This document shows, piece by piece, positions 50,100 to 60,732 of a stretch of DNA of 64,000 nucleotides. How positions within the stretch are numbered: the first letter of the stretch is position 1; each line of letters begins with the position of its first letter. The position numbers were made by a program, and so were the translations under genes. The notes beneath the pieces were generated by a model. It made no database searches, was not told the DNA's origin, and saw nothing but the letters and a program-made list of their open reading frames with translations. The stretch comes from an uncultured candidate division Zixibacteria bacterium (GTDB taxonomy: Bacteria > Zixibacteria > MSB-5A5 > GN15 > FEB-12): positions 1,600,001 through 1,664,000 of the forward strand of contig OY760907.1 of NCBI GenBank assembly GCA_963664195.1. The letters run 5' to 3'.

Positions 50100-50551
50100 A
50101 AGCCTTTCCAATTCTGTATTCGTAGTAATTTAGTAAATTAGTACACTACTGGCCTAAAATTGTCAAGGATATTCTTCCACAAGGGGGGCTGGCGCCCCCG
50201 CCACAATGCCAAAGCCTGCCCGGATGCAGGGACTTCGGCAATGTGGCAATATCCCGCTGATTTGCGTCCCAGGTCCCAAGACGCTAGGCACATCCCTCAT
50301 AAGTGAGCTTCTCTCATTTAAAATCTGCACTTCGTAGAGGTATGGCCGGAGTGACGGAGTGATCGCCACAACTTGTTATCCCATAGCAAGGTAGCAAATC
50401 ATGGTACTCCCCGTTTCGCTTGCTTAGACCAATTCAAATCAGTTAGAACTTGCTGACGGCCACTTTGTTCTAGGACTTTGAGGCTATATGACTATCTTGG
50501 CCGACCATTCATCGCGTAATTTTCACTCGATTAGATAGGACTTGAACACTA

Positions 50552-52624
50552 GTGGACCAGGCAACCGTACATAGAATAAGAAACATTGGCATTGTTGCTC
50601 ACATCGATGCCGGCAAAACCACGACGACCGAACGCATCCTGTTTTTCACCGGCATGATCCACAAGCTGGGCGAAGTACATGACGGACAGGCAGTCATGGA
50701 TTTCATGAAACAAGAACAGGAACGAGGCATCACCATATCCTCGGCCGCGATTACCGCCGACTGGAATGATCACCAGGTCAACGTAATCGACACCCCCGGG
50801 CATATCGACTTCACCCTGGAAGTGGAACGTTCGCTGCGCGTACTCGATGGGATCGTGATGGTCTTCTGTGCCGTCGGCGGTGTGGAACCGCAGAGCGAGA
50901 CGGTGTGGCATCAGGCTGACCGACACAAGGTGCCGAGAATCGCCTTTGTCAACAAGATGGATCGCACGGGGGCAGATCTGTTCAATACCGTCGAGATGAT
51001 GAACGAAATGCTTGGTGCCAACGCCGTCCCCTTTCAGATGCCCATTGGCGAAGAGGAGAACTTTGAGGGTATCATTGATCTCGTGACAATGAAGGCGACC
51101 TATTACGACGGATTGCAGCGCGTTGAAAAGGAGATTCCCGAGAACTTGCTGCCCAAAGCGCGTGAACTCCACGATCAGATGATCACCACCCTAGCTGATT
51201 ATGATGACCAGTTGATGGAGAAGTACCTGAACGAGGGAGAGATCACACCGGAAGACATAATGCCCGCCGCCCGCAAGGCCGTACTTGGTATTTGTATCAC
51301 CCCCGTATTTTGCGGGTCGGCCTTCAAGAACAAGGGCATTCAACTGCTTCTGGACGCGGTAGTCGACTATCTCCCGTCGCCCATTGATCGTGGGATCGTT
51401 ACAGGGCATGATATCGATAGCCCGGATACCGTTATTTCGCGGCGGCCGTCCTCAAATCGACCGTTCGCCGCCCTGGCTTTCAAGATCATCAATGATCCGT
51501 TTGTCGGTCAGCAGACTTTTATTAGAGTCTATTCCGGGGAGGCCAAGGCCGGATCTTATGTTTTTAATTCAACCCGGGGGAGACGCGAACGGATCGGGCG
51601 CATCATGCGCATACACGCCGGGGATCGACGGGAACTGACTGAGATAAAAGCCGGCGACATCGCCGCCCTGATAGGGATGAAATCGACAACCACCGGTAAT
51701 ACCCTCTGCTCTGAAAAAGAACCGATCATCCTTGAAAGCATTCACTACCCCGAAACCGTTCTTGATTTGCGGGTAGAACCGGAACAGAAAAGGGACCGTG
51801 AGAAACTGGGCATGGCGCTTAATAAAATAGCCCTCGAGGATCCTTCGTTTACGGCCAAGTTCGATGAAGAAACCGAGGAGACGGTCATCTCCGGCATGGG
51901 GGAATTACATCTTGAGGTTATCGTTGATCGCCTCAAGACCGAGCACAAAGTTGCCGTCAGAGTCGGTGAGCCCGCGGTTGCTTTCCGCGAGACGATCACC
52001 ACCGAACAGGGGCACACCTACAGGCACAAGAAGCAGTCCGGCGGTAAGGGGCAGTTTGCCCATATCGAGTTCCGCCTGGAACCGAATCCCGGCGAGGGGA
52101 TTGAGTTCGTCAACCGTGTCGTGGGCGGTCATATTCCGAAGGAATATATCCCCGGTATCGAAAAAGGTTTCCGGGAGGCTGCCACCAACGGTTTGCTGGC
52201 CGGTTTCCCTATGGTCGACGTCAAGTTCACTCTCATCGACGGTTCACATCATGAAGTCGACTCAAGCGAAATGGCTTTCCGCATCTGTACCACGCGGGCG
52301 TTGAAGGAGATCATTCACCGCACCGGTCCAAAGCTCCTGGAACCGATCATGAAAATCGAAATCAATACACCGGACGATTATGTCGGTGATGTCATGTCCG
52401 ATATCGGCCGCCGCAGGGGGAAGATCGACACGCTTCGCAGGTTCCGCAAGGGCGCTCAGAAGTTGGGCGGGAGCGTACCGTTGAAGGAGATGTTCGGGTA
52501 TGCCTCGACATTGCGTTCTCTTTCAAGCGGACGCGCGAACTTCTCGATGGAGTTTTTGAAGTACGAGGAACTACCCGGAAGCCTGGCCGAAGAGGTCATC
52601 GCCGCCCGGAACGAGAAGAAGTAG
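50552..52624 (+). CDS. fusA: Elongation factor G (stand-alone copy)
   Basis: [47 protein letters not shown]. Confidence 0.97.
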   Translation: MDQATVHRIRNIGIVAHIDAGKTTTTERILFFTGMIHKLGEVHDGQAVMDFMKQEQERGITISSAAITADWNDHQVNVIDTPGHIDFTLEVERSLRVLDGIVMVFCAVGGVEPQSETVWHQADRHKVPRIAFVNKMDRTGADLFNTVEMMNEMLGANAVPFQMPIGEEENFEGIIDLVTMKATYYDGLQRVEKEIPENLLPKARELHDQMITTLADYDDQLMEKYLNEGEITPEDIMPAARKAVLGICITPVFCGSAFKNKGIQLLLDAVVDYLPSPIDRGIVTGHDIDSPDTVISRRPSSNRPFAALAFKIINDPFVGQQTFIRVYSGEAKAGSYVFNSTRGRRERIGRIMRIHAGDRRELTEIKAGDIAALIGMKSTTTGNTLCSEKEPIILESIHYPETVLDLRVEPEQKRDREKLGMALNKIALEDPSFTAKFDEETEETVISGMGELHLEVIVDRLKTEHKVAVRVGEPAVAFRETITTEQGHTYRHKKQSGGKGQFAHIEFRLEPNPGEGIEFVNRVVGGHIPKEYIPGIEKGFREAATNGLLAGFPMVDVKFTLIDGSHHEVDSSEMAFRICTTRALKEIIHRTGPKLLEPIMKIEINTPDDYVGDVMSDIGRRRGKIDTLRRFRKGAQKLGGSVPLKEMFGYASTLRSLSSGRANFSMEFLKYEELPGSLAEEVIAARNEKK

Positions 52625-52644
52625 GGCTGTGACGGAACACTCTG

Positions 52645-52669
52645 GTAGCCCTTCCGTCCACGGGTGGGC
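52645..52669 (+). repeat. GTAG-type REP-like element family E
   Basis: GTAG-CCCTTCCG-TCCA-CGGGTGGGC hairpin; second copy 54413-54437. Confidence 0.7.
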
Positions 52670-52684
52670 GAATAACCAGTGCTG

Positions 52685-52711
52685 AAGCCCCCTCGAGTGC
52701 GGGGGCTTTTT
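52685..52711 (+). terminator. Intrinsic terminator after fusA
   Basis: aagccccc-tcgagtgc-gggggcttttt. Confidence 0.85.
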
Positions 52712-52888
52712 CGTTGTGGTAATGTAGGTCGGAATATATATTCTAATCAAGCGAGTGGGGCATCGGCGTATACATCTAGAACCCTACCGCTAGTCGAAGA
52801 TCCGCCGAAAAAGGGCGGATGGGCCACATCCCTAGCAGAGCACAAGCCTTGGTGCTAGAAGCCGTGACAAAGTGAAAGAGTAGTCTAC

Positions 52889-53470
52889 ATGAAAGTTAAG
52901 TACCTACAGTTCATCATAACTATTGGAGCACTTTCAATTGCTGCGGTACATGTCAAATGGCCGACTCTTACGATTGATGGCATTACTACAACTCTAGTCT
53001 TTATTGCGTTGATTCCATGGTTGGCTCCTCTATTCAAATCGCTCGAATTCCCCGGAGGTTGGAAAATCGAATTCAAAGACTTCGAGCAAACTAGCGCTAA
53101 AGCTGACAAAGCTGGGCTGTTGGCAGATTCGTCCCATGACGGCTCTGACCAACGGTATTCGTTTCAGCTTGTGGCAGAGGATGACCCTAAGTTGGCTCTA
53201 GCCGGTCTTCGAATAGAGATCGAGAAGAGACTGACTGAAATTGCGGAGGCGGGTGGTATACAAGCCAAAAGGGCAAGTGTGAGCGGACTGCTACGGGTGT
53301 TGGGAGAGCGAGACCGTTTGACTCAAGAGCAACGCTCAGTACTCGCGGATATGGTGGGATTGCTTAATGCCGCGGTTCACGGCGGCCATATAGACGCCAG
53401 AGCTACTGCATGGGCATTGGACGTAGGTCCCCGATTGTTGGATACGTTAGAAGCAAAAGCGCGAGCCTAG
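52889..53470 (+). CDS. Hypothetical protein: 2 N-terminal TM helices plus helical DUF4145/HEPN-like domain
   Basis: Two hydrophobic segments; LALAGLRIEIEKRL; LNAAVHG (RxxxxH-like, Arg missing). Confidence 0.7.
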   Translation: MKVKYLQFIITIGALSIAAVHVKWPTLTIDGITTTLVFIALIPWLAPLFKSLEFPGGWKIEFKDFEQTSAKADKAGLLADSSHDGSDQRYSFQLVAEDDPKLALAGLRIEIEKRLTEIAEAGGIQAKRASVSGLLRVLGERDRLTQEQRSVLADMVGLLNAAVHGGHIDARATAWALDVGPRLLDTLEAKARA

Positions 53471-53532
53471 TATCTTCTGTGAGAGAGTGAATAGGTGGTC
53501 CGTGTGGACAAGACAGGAACTAAGGTGAGAGA

Positions 53533-54336
53533 ATGACCCAAGACAAGACATTAGGAGCTACAACTGTGAATCCACGGCCAAAACCGTATTTTGACAGCAA
53601 TGACCAACCGTGCTTAGAAGAGTCGGTGATTGTTGTTGCTGATGTTCTGGGGTTCTCGGCTTTGGTTGGAGAGGCCTTTGAGACGAAGAAGGAACTGGAG
53701 CAATTGGGGAGAATTCACAGTGCACTTGAGAAGGCAGCAAGAAACGTGTCCGGCCCCTCCGAGGGGGCCAAGTGGTTTACGAAGTTCTTCAGTGATAATG
53801 TCGTCATCGGTTACCCCTTTATTGGATTTGGGAATGGCCGTTTTGAGTTCCCTCAGGCGTGTCACAGCATTGGCCGTTTTCAGATAGAATTGGCTCTGAT
53901 GGGTTTCTTCATTCGAGGTGGAATAGCTGTCGGTCGCATACATATGAGTGACAATCTAATCTACGGACAGATATTGGAGGAATTGAAGCAGGCCGAAAAG
54001 AGGGCGTCGTCTCCACGTGTTGTCTTGCTTGACTCGGCGGTGGATCATATGATTTCCCTTTGTCCTGACCGTGGAGGACTGCTGAGAGACATTCTCTGGA
54101 ATGATACTTGCGATGATTCAGTGTTCGTGAACTACCTGTATCCACTGGGCGCGCGGAACGATGACAATCGTGGGGACGGTATGCTGAAACACAAGGAATA
54201 CATCGAATCAAACCTGAAGATTCACAGAGGCGATAACCGAGTAGTGCAGAAGTACAACTGGTTGTTGAAGTACCATAATAGATTCTGCTCTAACTCCGTA
54301 CACTGGAACGATAAGAAATACCTGATTGCGGTATGA
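53533..54336 (+). CDS. Class III nucleotidyl cyclase-like protein
   Basis: ADVLGFS (first Asp), FFSDNVVI (second Asp), IRGGIAVG, YG, PRVVL. Confidence 0.7.
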   Translation: MTQDKTLGATTVNPRPKPYFDSNDQPCLEESVIVVADVLGFSALVGEAFETKKELEQLGRIHSALEKAARNVSGPSEGAKWFTKFFSDNVVIGYPFIGFGNGRFEFPQACHSIGRFQIELALMGFFIRGGIAVGRIHMSDNLIYGQILEELKQAEKRASSPRVVLLDSAVDHMISLCPDRGGLLRDILWNDTCDDSVFVNYLYPLGARNDDNRGDGMLKHKEYIESNLKIHRGDNRVVQKYNWLLKYHNRFCSNSVHWNDKKYLIAV

Positions 54337-54365
54337 CAACCATAGCGACCACCCGCCACAATGTG

Positions 54366-54394
54366 AAAGCCCCCGCTTGTGCCGGGGCTTTTTT
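54366..54394 (+). terminator. Intrinsic terminator
   Basis: aaagcccccgcttgtgccggggctttttt. Confidence 0.8.
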
Positions 54395-54576
54395 GTTCTG
54401 GTAACGTAGTGGGTAGCCCATACCGTCCTCGGGTGGGTTCACACATCGACACGTCGCGACCAACGCTATCATGGCTGGGGCAGACGAGGGCGTCTGCCGC
54501 CCACAAACAAAGTTTTGCGATAACACAAAACCACCCGCACTTGCGAGGGCTTTCTTGCTTTTCTGAGTATTGGTTC

Positions 54577-55305
54577 CTACAGCCCCAGGTCCTTGAGCTT
54601 GCTCTTGGCGGCGTCTTCAAGTTTCTCAGTCGCCTCTGATTTCAATTCGTCAACCTTGGCATCTACGTCAATGCCCGGGAGGCCCTGGCCGCCGACGGTG
54701 GCTTTGGACAGGACTTCGGAGACGACCGTCTTGATAAGGCCGCCGACCGTTGTGCCTTCCGCGCCGCCGACGTTCGTGAGGGTAATATTCTCAACGGTGA
54801 ACGACTTGTCCGCCTGCTTCTTACCCAGAAGACTCAACGAAAGGTCGACACCGATATCTCGCAGCATCAGCTTGTTGACTTTCAATCGCTGTTCGGATTC
54901 CCCAGAACTGGATGTCTCGAATTTCTTGAGATTGTCCAGAATGCTGAGGTAGTTGCCTTTGCGATCGATCTGCTCAAGGCTCAGCCGAAAGCCCTCAAGC
55001 ACAAGTGAATCAACGACGACTTCATCTTCTAGGATCGAACCGCTGTTGACGTCGAGTAGCCCTTTCCTCAGATACAGGAAGTGCTCTCCCTCGAACCCCT
55101 CCGGGTTGCTGATGGAATAGTCGCTAAGACCAAGACTGCCCCCGGTGAGGTTCAGGTTGGCCGATCCGAGATCGGTCGGGACGCCCAGAACATAATCGCC
55201 GGATTCTTCAATAGCCGTTTCGATCAGGCTGTTGCGATACAAGTAGCCGACCGTCAGTCCGACCACGACCAGCACAAGCACGGTAAGGATCAGTTTCTTA
55301 ATCAT
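54577..55305 (-). CDS. AsmA-like/DUF748-like envelope protein
   Basis: N-terminal anchor, I.NPEGF motif, beta-rich. Confidence 0.65.
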   Translation of the reverse strand: MIKKLILTVLVLVVVGLTVGYLYRNSLIETAIEESGDYVLGVPTDLGSANLNLTGGSLGLSDYSISNPEGFEGEHFLYLRKGLLDVNSGSILEDEVVVDSLVLEGFRLSLEQIDRKGNYLSILDNLKKFETSSSGESEQRLKVNKLMLRDIGVDLSLSLLGKKQADKSFTVENITLTNVGGAEGTTVGGLIKTVVSEVLSKATVGGQGLPGIDVDAKVDELKSEATEKLEDAAKSKLKDLGL

Positions 55306-55433
55306 CTGAGACCTCTCGCAATTGAATCATGTTTGCCCTCAATGTGGACCGGATTGAATCCCGGCGCAAGGATTTGATACGGGCCGGGGAGACTCGGTCG
55401 GGTGCCGTGAACCAGTGTTATCAATCCTGTGCG

Positions 55434-56762
55434 CTAGAGATTCGTCAGCAGCTTGTTGGCCGGGGAAGATCTCAGGGTTTTCCCGAAATCGGCTAACGAC
55501 TTCCGCAGTGCATCCAACTCGTCACTGTCATCAGCGGGTAATTCATTCGATCCCGCATTCTCCAGCTTTTCGAGTACAAAGGCGATAGTGAACTGCCCTA
55601 TATCGCTGGCTGGTTGGAAAGCTGGTTCGCCTTCCGTTACGACCTGAGAGAACAACCCGGACTCAAGCAAGTCGGCTACCGCGTCCTGAGTTGTGGCTGT
55701 CGGCACCCCGAGTTCCGCAGCGATAGTTGAAACGGTTTTTGGTCCGGCGTCGTCGGCAAAAGATTTAACCACGTTGTGGGCAACGTTAAGCGAGAGCAGC
55801 TTTCGTTTGGCAGCGCTCAGTTCATGAAGTCTGGGCGCGTATTCGTAGCTGTCAACGTTTTGAATAGCACACGACAACTCTGCACCAAACAGCGCAATCA
55901 TCCAACTCAATTGTAACCATACGAGGAACAGCGGGAGTGCCGCAAAACCGCCGTAGATGGCATTGTAGCTGGAGACCCCCACCTGGAACTCGATAAACAG
56001 GATTTGCGCCAGTTGAAACGCCACACCGGCAACCAGGCCCGCGATCAATCCTGATCTCCACTTCACGGTCGTATTTGGTACAATGATATAGATGAATCCG
56101 AAAACGAGCCACATCAATACCCAGGGGATCAAGGTCAGTATCACGGCAAGAACGGAACTCGCGACTTCGGTCAGTCCCAGACTCTCGCCGAGGTTGGTAA
56201 TCTGCGAAGCAATGAGTACGGTGGCACTGCCAGACAAGATGAAGTTGAAGGGGGCGATGAGCATGATTGTCAAGTAGTCCGTGAACTTGCGGAGGACGGT
56301 GCGCCCCACCCTGATTCCCCAGATGTCGTTAAATGAGGCTTCGATATTTCCCATGACTCTGATCAGCGTCCAGAAGAGCAAGAACACGCCGATTCCGGCG
56401 ACAAGTCCGCCTTTGGTAGACTTCAGCAGCGAACCGGAGAATTCCAGCACCTGTCTGACGACCGCCTCGTGTTCGGCGAACTTCTCAAGCAACTGGCTTT
56501 CCAGTTTGCTCTGGTAGCCAAACCCTTTGGCAATCCCGAACAACATGGCCACCACCGGGACGACCGATAGGAGCGAGTAGAACGTGAGGGCTGAAGCTCG
56601 CAGGGCACAGCGGTGTTTGCCGTACCCCCGAATCGCAATCAAGCCGACACGCAGGGTCTTGACGGCAAGAGCTTTCGTGGTGGACAATTCCTTGGTGCGA
56701 ACTCGCCAGACTCCGGTCGACAAGTATTCCCTGACTTCACTGTACATGGTAAGAACGTTCAT
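55434..56762 (-). CDS. YihY/BrkB family membrane protein with C-terminal wHTH
   Basis: ASALTFYSLLS.VP, IE.SFN.IW, IYG.FAALP.FL.WL.LSW. Confidence 0.9.
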   Translation of the reverse strand: MNVLTMYSEVREYLSTGVWRVRTKELSTTKALAVKTLRVGLIAIRGYGKHRCALRASALTFYSLLSVVPVVAMLFGIAKGFGYQSKLESQLLEKFAEHEAVVRQVLEFSGSLLKSTKGGLVAGIGVFLLFWTLIRVMGNIEASFNDIWGIRVGRTVLRKFTDYLTIMLIAPFNFILSGSATVLIASQITNLGESLGLTEVASSVLAVILTLIPWVLMWLVFGFIYIIVPNTTVKWRSGLIAGLVAGVAFQLAQILFIEFQVGVSSYNAIYGGFAALPLFLVWLQLSWMIALFGAELSCAIQNVDSYEYAPRLHELSAAKRKLLSLNVAHNVVKSFADDAGPKTVSTIAAELGVPTATTQDAVADLLESGLFSQVVTEGEPAFQPASDIGQFTIAFVLEKLENAGSNELPADDSDELDALRKSLADFGKTLRSSPANKLLTNL

Positions 56763-56817
56763 CTTCAGCCGTTGACCTTGCCGCAGACGCCACAATTCGA
56801 TGTGCAGGGTAGCGAGG

Positions 56818-59800
56818 TCAGTCCTTTTCGAACTTTAGTATTACGTCGAATCCCGCTTCTTCTGCATCACCTTCGGTGAGTTGCAGGAATATCAATCTGG
56901 TTAGCTGGTATTCGAGGGTTACCAGTTCCGGTTCGAGGTCGTCATTCGTCGACGCACCAAAACTGCGCTGATAACTCATGAACAGATCGGGCGTGAGATA
57001 CTTGCCGACTACGATCGCTGCGCTCTCCAGATCCCCACCGGCCTTGATCTCCATCACGTCCATGTTGAGCTTTCTCCCCAGTGCACCGGCCAATTGCCCT
57101 GCGAGCATTTTGGCCGCTACGCCTCCTACCATCTTCTTGGTTCCGGACTCCCCTCCCAGCGTAGACTGCTGGCTCTGACTCAGCTCATCCAGGCTGCGTC
57201 CAAACACGATGTAAGAAACCGCGTCACCCTCCAATATCGCTACGCCGTCTAAACTGAATGCAATGACAGGCACCTGTGCGGTACCGGTTATGAGTAGCTG
57301 CAACTTCTTCTTTTCTCTGGTGGGGGTCCTCAGGACGTACAGTGTCTCGATATCCAGAGACGGATCCAAATACGAGCCTCCGTCAAAGGAGACCACACCT
57401 CGCTGCACTTTGAAGCGACGTCCGTACAGGTCGTAATGCCCACGTACTACTCTGATATCTCCAAACAACTCAGGCTCGCGCCCCTCCTGCACGATTTCAA
57501 GGTCGCCAGCAAGTTCCAGGCTGAGTTCGGGGCTTTTGATCCACGTGTTTTTCGGTATGGTGATCTTAAGATGCCCCGAAAGACGTCTCATCAGATCTGC
57601 CGCGAGCGAATCAGGCGAAGAGGCGCTCCCGGCAATCGCATCGGTGTGGGAGGAATCTGTGGACGGCTCCTCTGTCGCGATCACCAACAACGGCAAGCCG
57701 GCATCGTCCAGAGGTGATTCTCCCATGTCACCTATGAGTGCCGGCAGGTAGAAGCGCGATCTATCGACGGCAATCGTTCCGCTGTACGTTGCGGCGCTGT
57801 CAGTACCGGAGACACCGACGTTTGACGTCAACTGCACTTCGTAATCTCGGTGCCGTACGACAAAGAACTTCTTTGTCACGAGGTCTATTCGAGAGGATCG
57901 AATCCGTCCGGCTATCAGACTGCTATCGTAGTCCAGGCCGCCCGACAGGCGGAACTTGCCCTTGTCTCGTCGCATCGTCACACTGTCAATAGCAATGCGG
58001 TTTGGCTGGAATGACAGGCCGACCTGGATGCCATCGTATTTCACTCCGTACTTCGGGGCTACCACGTGACCGTTGTTTACGGACATGGTTCCGACTATTG
58101 TAGGATTCTGCAAAGTCTGCGAAACGGTAAGATTGCAGTCGATGAACCCGTCTGCCTCTTCCACAAGTCCGTCTCCGATTTCGAGAACACTTAACGGCAG
58201 GCTGTCCAGCATGACATTGATTCGCACGGGACGATTCCCGTCAACAGAGACCTGGCCGCTGTCTAGTAGTACGGGGACGGTTCCGGAAATTCTCATGCTG
58301 TCGTTGGCGGTTGTTTTCAGATTAAGGAGGAAACTGCAAAGACTGTCAGCAAACGACAGTTCGCCGGCGACTCTGCGGATATCGTATTGGAACACTCGTG
58401 CGTCCGATATGTCAAAATGACCTGCAACGACGGGTTGTTGCAAAGTGCCGGTAAGAGTAGCCCCAATTGACAGAGAACCCTCAATCTCCTGCTCCGCAAG
58501 GCTTCCCAGAGGGGTCAGATCAATGTTGTCCGCTGCGACGGTGATGTCCGACTCTTGATGCAAGTCGAGTACACCGTCAATCCGTATCGTCTGCTGTCGA
58601 TCTTCAGCGGATGACATTTGAAGGTCCTGAACCGCATACCGTGCCGTGTCGACTTCGATTGTTGCGCCGGGCTTGTCAAGCGACCAACGCTGAGCATCAT
58701 AGGTGAAAGCTAGGTCATCGAGGACCAGCGTAGTGACACTGTCGAATTCAACTACAGTCTTGATTTGTGACTCAAGCAGAGAGTGCCATACCGATGCCTC
58801 CACAGCGGCGGAGTCGACGGTGAACTCTCCTGAAACCGACGCACTATCCAGCAATACGTCGCCCGACTTGACCGCCTTGACAAATATCTTGCCCTTGGCG
58901 TCAATAGTGCTGTCTGCAAGGTCCACTATCACATTCCCACCGGTCGCCCCGACAGTAATGTCTTCGTACGCGATTTCCTCGAATTCATACGCGGCATCGA
59001 TATGCTGGCGTTCCATATTGCCGGACAAAACCCCTTCGATCCTGCCTTTCAGCCGCACGTTGTTCACGCCCAGGTACCCGGCCAACATAGAAGTATCGTT
59101 CACATTGACGACACAGTTGATCAGACCTTCTTTGCCGTTGTTGAGACTACCGGAAACTACAACTGCGGCCGACGACGTAACAACATTGAGGGTGTCGATA
59201 TCCACCTCATCGGCGGAAAAACTCGCGAGCACCCTGGCCACATCAATATCTAGCCACATTATCCTGGACGGCGCGAGCGTCAGATCGATTTTGCCTGCCG
59301 CCGTTTCCAGAGAGGAACCGACACCAGAGAGTTTCATATGGGCATTGATATCGGACTCCAGGGAGTCGTTGAGTTGTACTTGTCCGAGGTCAATGTTCTT
59401 CAGGTCAGCCACCAGATCGTACTTCGGAGAATCCAGTATGTCGCTAATGTCTCCAGTGACTTGTGCGCGACCAAAAACACCGGCGGTTGACAGACTGCCG
59501 GTGGCATCTCCTTGCCCGAATGAAACATCAAAGGAGAGTTCGTTCACCGTGTGTCTTTCTACTCGGCTTCCCGACAAATCGGCGACAAGGTTGACTTCTG
59601 CCAACTGTGGATCGATGCCCGTCCCTTTGATTGCAAGTGTGCCATTGAGCAGGAAATCGAGTGGTGGGTCGGGCAGCCAGTGCTTGCCAGCTATATTCTG
59701 TAAGTTCAGTTCGGCCTTATACTGCAACACCTGCTGAGAGACGCTGTCCAGTATGCTGCTGACCGGACTTGCTGATGCCGTAAGGTCGAGCCTGTCGATT

Positions 59801-60732
59801 GCCTGTGCCACAGCGCAGCGTACGGTCATTGTGTCGTTTTCAAGCGACGCATTGAACGTCATATCACCCTTGATATCGGGTATGTCCTGGGGGAGGAAAG
59901 CTTTGAACTCGTCCAGAGAAATGGGTGAAACGACAATCTGAGCGCTGTTCCGGGTGGCTGCTTTCGGATAGAAGATTCCAGACGCCTCAATGCGATTGCC
60001 GACCGTCGCCAGCATCAACTCTCTCAGCATAATCGCAGTCGTGTCGACGCTGGCCCCCAGGCGACAATCTGTAATACGCACTTCGGGCTGTGCGGTGGCC
60101 AAATGCAGCTCGTGTATCTCTACACGCTGTCGGTCTTGCTCATAAGTAGCTGTCAGATGCAAGCCCAGGTCCACGAGACGCCGCGGGATGATTTCATTGA
60201 ATCCCTCTATGTCGGCAGAGACTCTTGTCAGAGCAAAGTCCTGGAGAACGATGTCATAACCGGATGATTGGTTGGCCGTTTCCTCCGAAGGTGTGCCCGT
60301 GTCGCCAGGGACCAGGTGCTCAAAGTTCCACGAGGAATCCTCCGCTTGAGACGCAAGGCAGTAGACCGAGTCAACCGTAACGGAATCTATCCGTACGGTG
60401 CCACTCCACAGGGCGGTGATATCGTAGCGTGCGTGAACTGTTTTGACAGAAAGGATGGTGTCATTTTCAAGTACCACCGAAATGTCAGACAGCGTGACAT
60501 TCGTGAAGAGGTTTCCGTCGAGTTCACCAATTGAGACCTCGCCCGTCAGACTCTCGTTGGCAGTACTGACAATCATGCCACACAGCCAGGATCGGAATAT
60601 GCCGGTCTGAGTAAATAATCCCGCGAGTATCAGGAGAGCAAGAAAGCCAGTGGCGATCCAGAATGCAATCCGCATGAAACTGAAGCGTCGCTTGCGGGCG
60701 GAGCCGGATTCCGAGGATGATCGCGCTACCAC
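56818..60732 (-). CDS. tamB: Translocation and assembly module TamB-like protein
   Basis: N-terminal anchor, long beta-taco repeats, C-terminal G.V.F.G...DP.LDI and VGKYL. Confidence 0.85.
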   Translation of the reverse strand: MVARSSSESGSARKRRFSFMRIAFWIATGFLALLILAGLFTQTGIFRSWLCGMIVSTANESLTGEVSIGELDGNLFTNVTLSDISVVLENDTILSVKTVHARYDITALWSGTVRIDSVTVDSVYCLASQAEDSSWNFEHLVPGDTGTPSEETANQSSGYDIVLQDFALTRVSADIEGFNEIIPRRLVDLGLHLTATYEQDRQRVEIHELHLATAQPEVRITDCRLGASVDTTAIMLRELMLATVGNRIEASGIFYPKAATRNSAQIVVSPISLDEFKAFLPQDIPDIKGDMTFNASLENDTMTVRCAVAQAIDRLDLTASASPVSSILDSVSQQVLQYKAELNLQNIAGKHWLPDPPLDFLLNGTLAIKGTGIDPQLAEVNLVADLSGSRVERHTVNELSFDVSFGQGDATGSLSTAGVFGRAQVTGDISDILDSPKYDLVADLKNIDLGQVQLNDSLESDINAHMKLSGVGSSLETAAGKIDLTLAPSRIMWLDIDVARVLASFSADEVDIDTLNVVTSSAAVVVSGSLNNGKEGLINCVVNVNDTSMLAGYLGVNNVRLKGRIEGVLSGNMERQHIDAAYEFEEIAYEDITVGATGGNVIVDLADSTIDAKGKIFVKAVKSGDVLLDSASVSGEFTVDSAAVEASVWHSLLESQIKTVVEFDSVTTLVLDDLAFTYDAQRWSLDKPGATIEVDTARYAVQDLQMSSAEDRQQTIRIDGVLDLHQESDITVAADNIDLTPLGSLAEQEIEGSLSIGATLTGTLQQPVVAGHFDISDARVFQYDIRRVAGELSFADSLCSFLLNLKTTANDSMRISGTVPVLLDSGQVSVDGNRPVRINVMLDSLPLSVLEIGDGLVEEADGFIDCNLTVSQTLQNPTIVGTMSVNNGHVVAPKYGVKYDGIQVGLSFQPNRIAIDSVTMRRDKGKFRLSGGLDYDSSLIAGRIRSSRIDLVTKKFFVVRHRDYEVQLTSNVGVSGTDSAATYSGTIAVDRSRFYLPALIGDMGESPLDDAGLPLLVIATEEPSTDSSHTDAIAGSASSPDSLAADLMRRLSGHLKITIPKNTWIKSPELSLELAGDLEIVQEGREPELFGDIRVVRGHYDLYGRRFKVQRGVVSFDGGSYLDPSLDIETLYVLRTPTREKKKLQLLITGTAQVPVIAFSLDGVAILEGDAVSYIVFGRSLDELSQSQQSTLGGESGTKKMVGGVAAKMLAGQLAGALGRKLNMDVMEIKAGGDLESAAIVVGKYLTPDLFMSYQRSFGASTNDDLEPELVTLEYQLTRLIFLQLTEGDAEEAGFDVILKFEKD

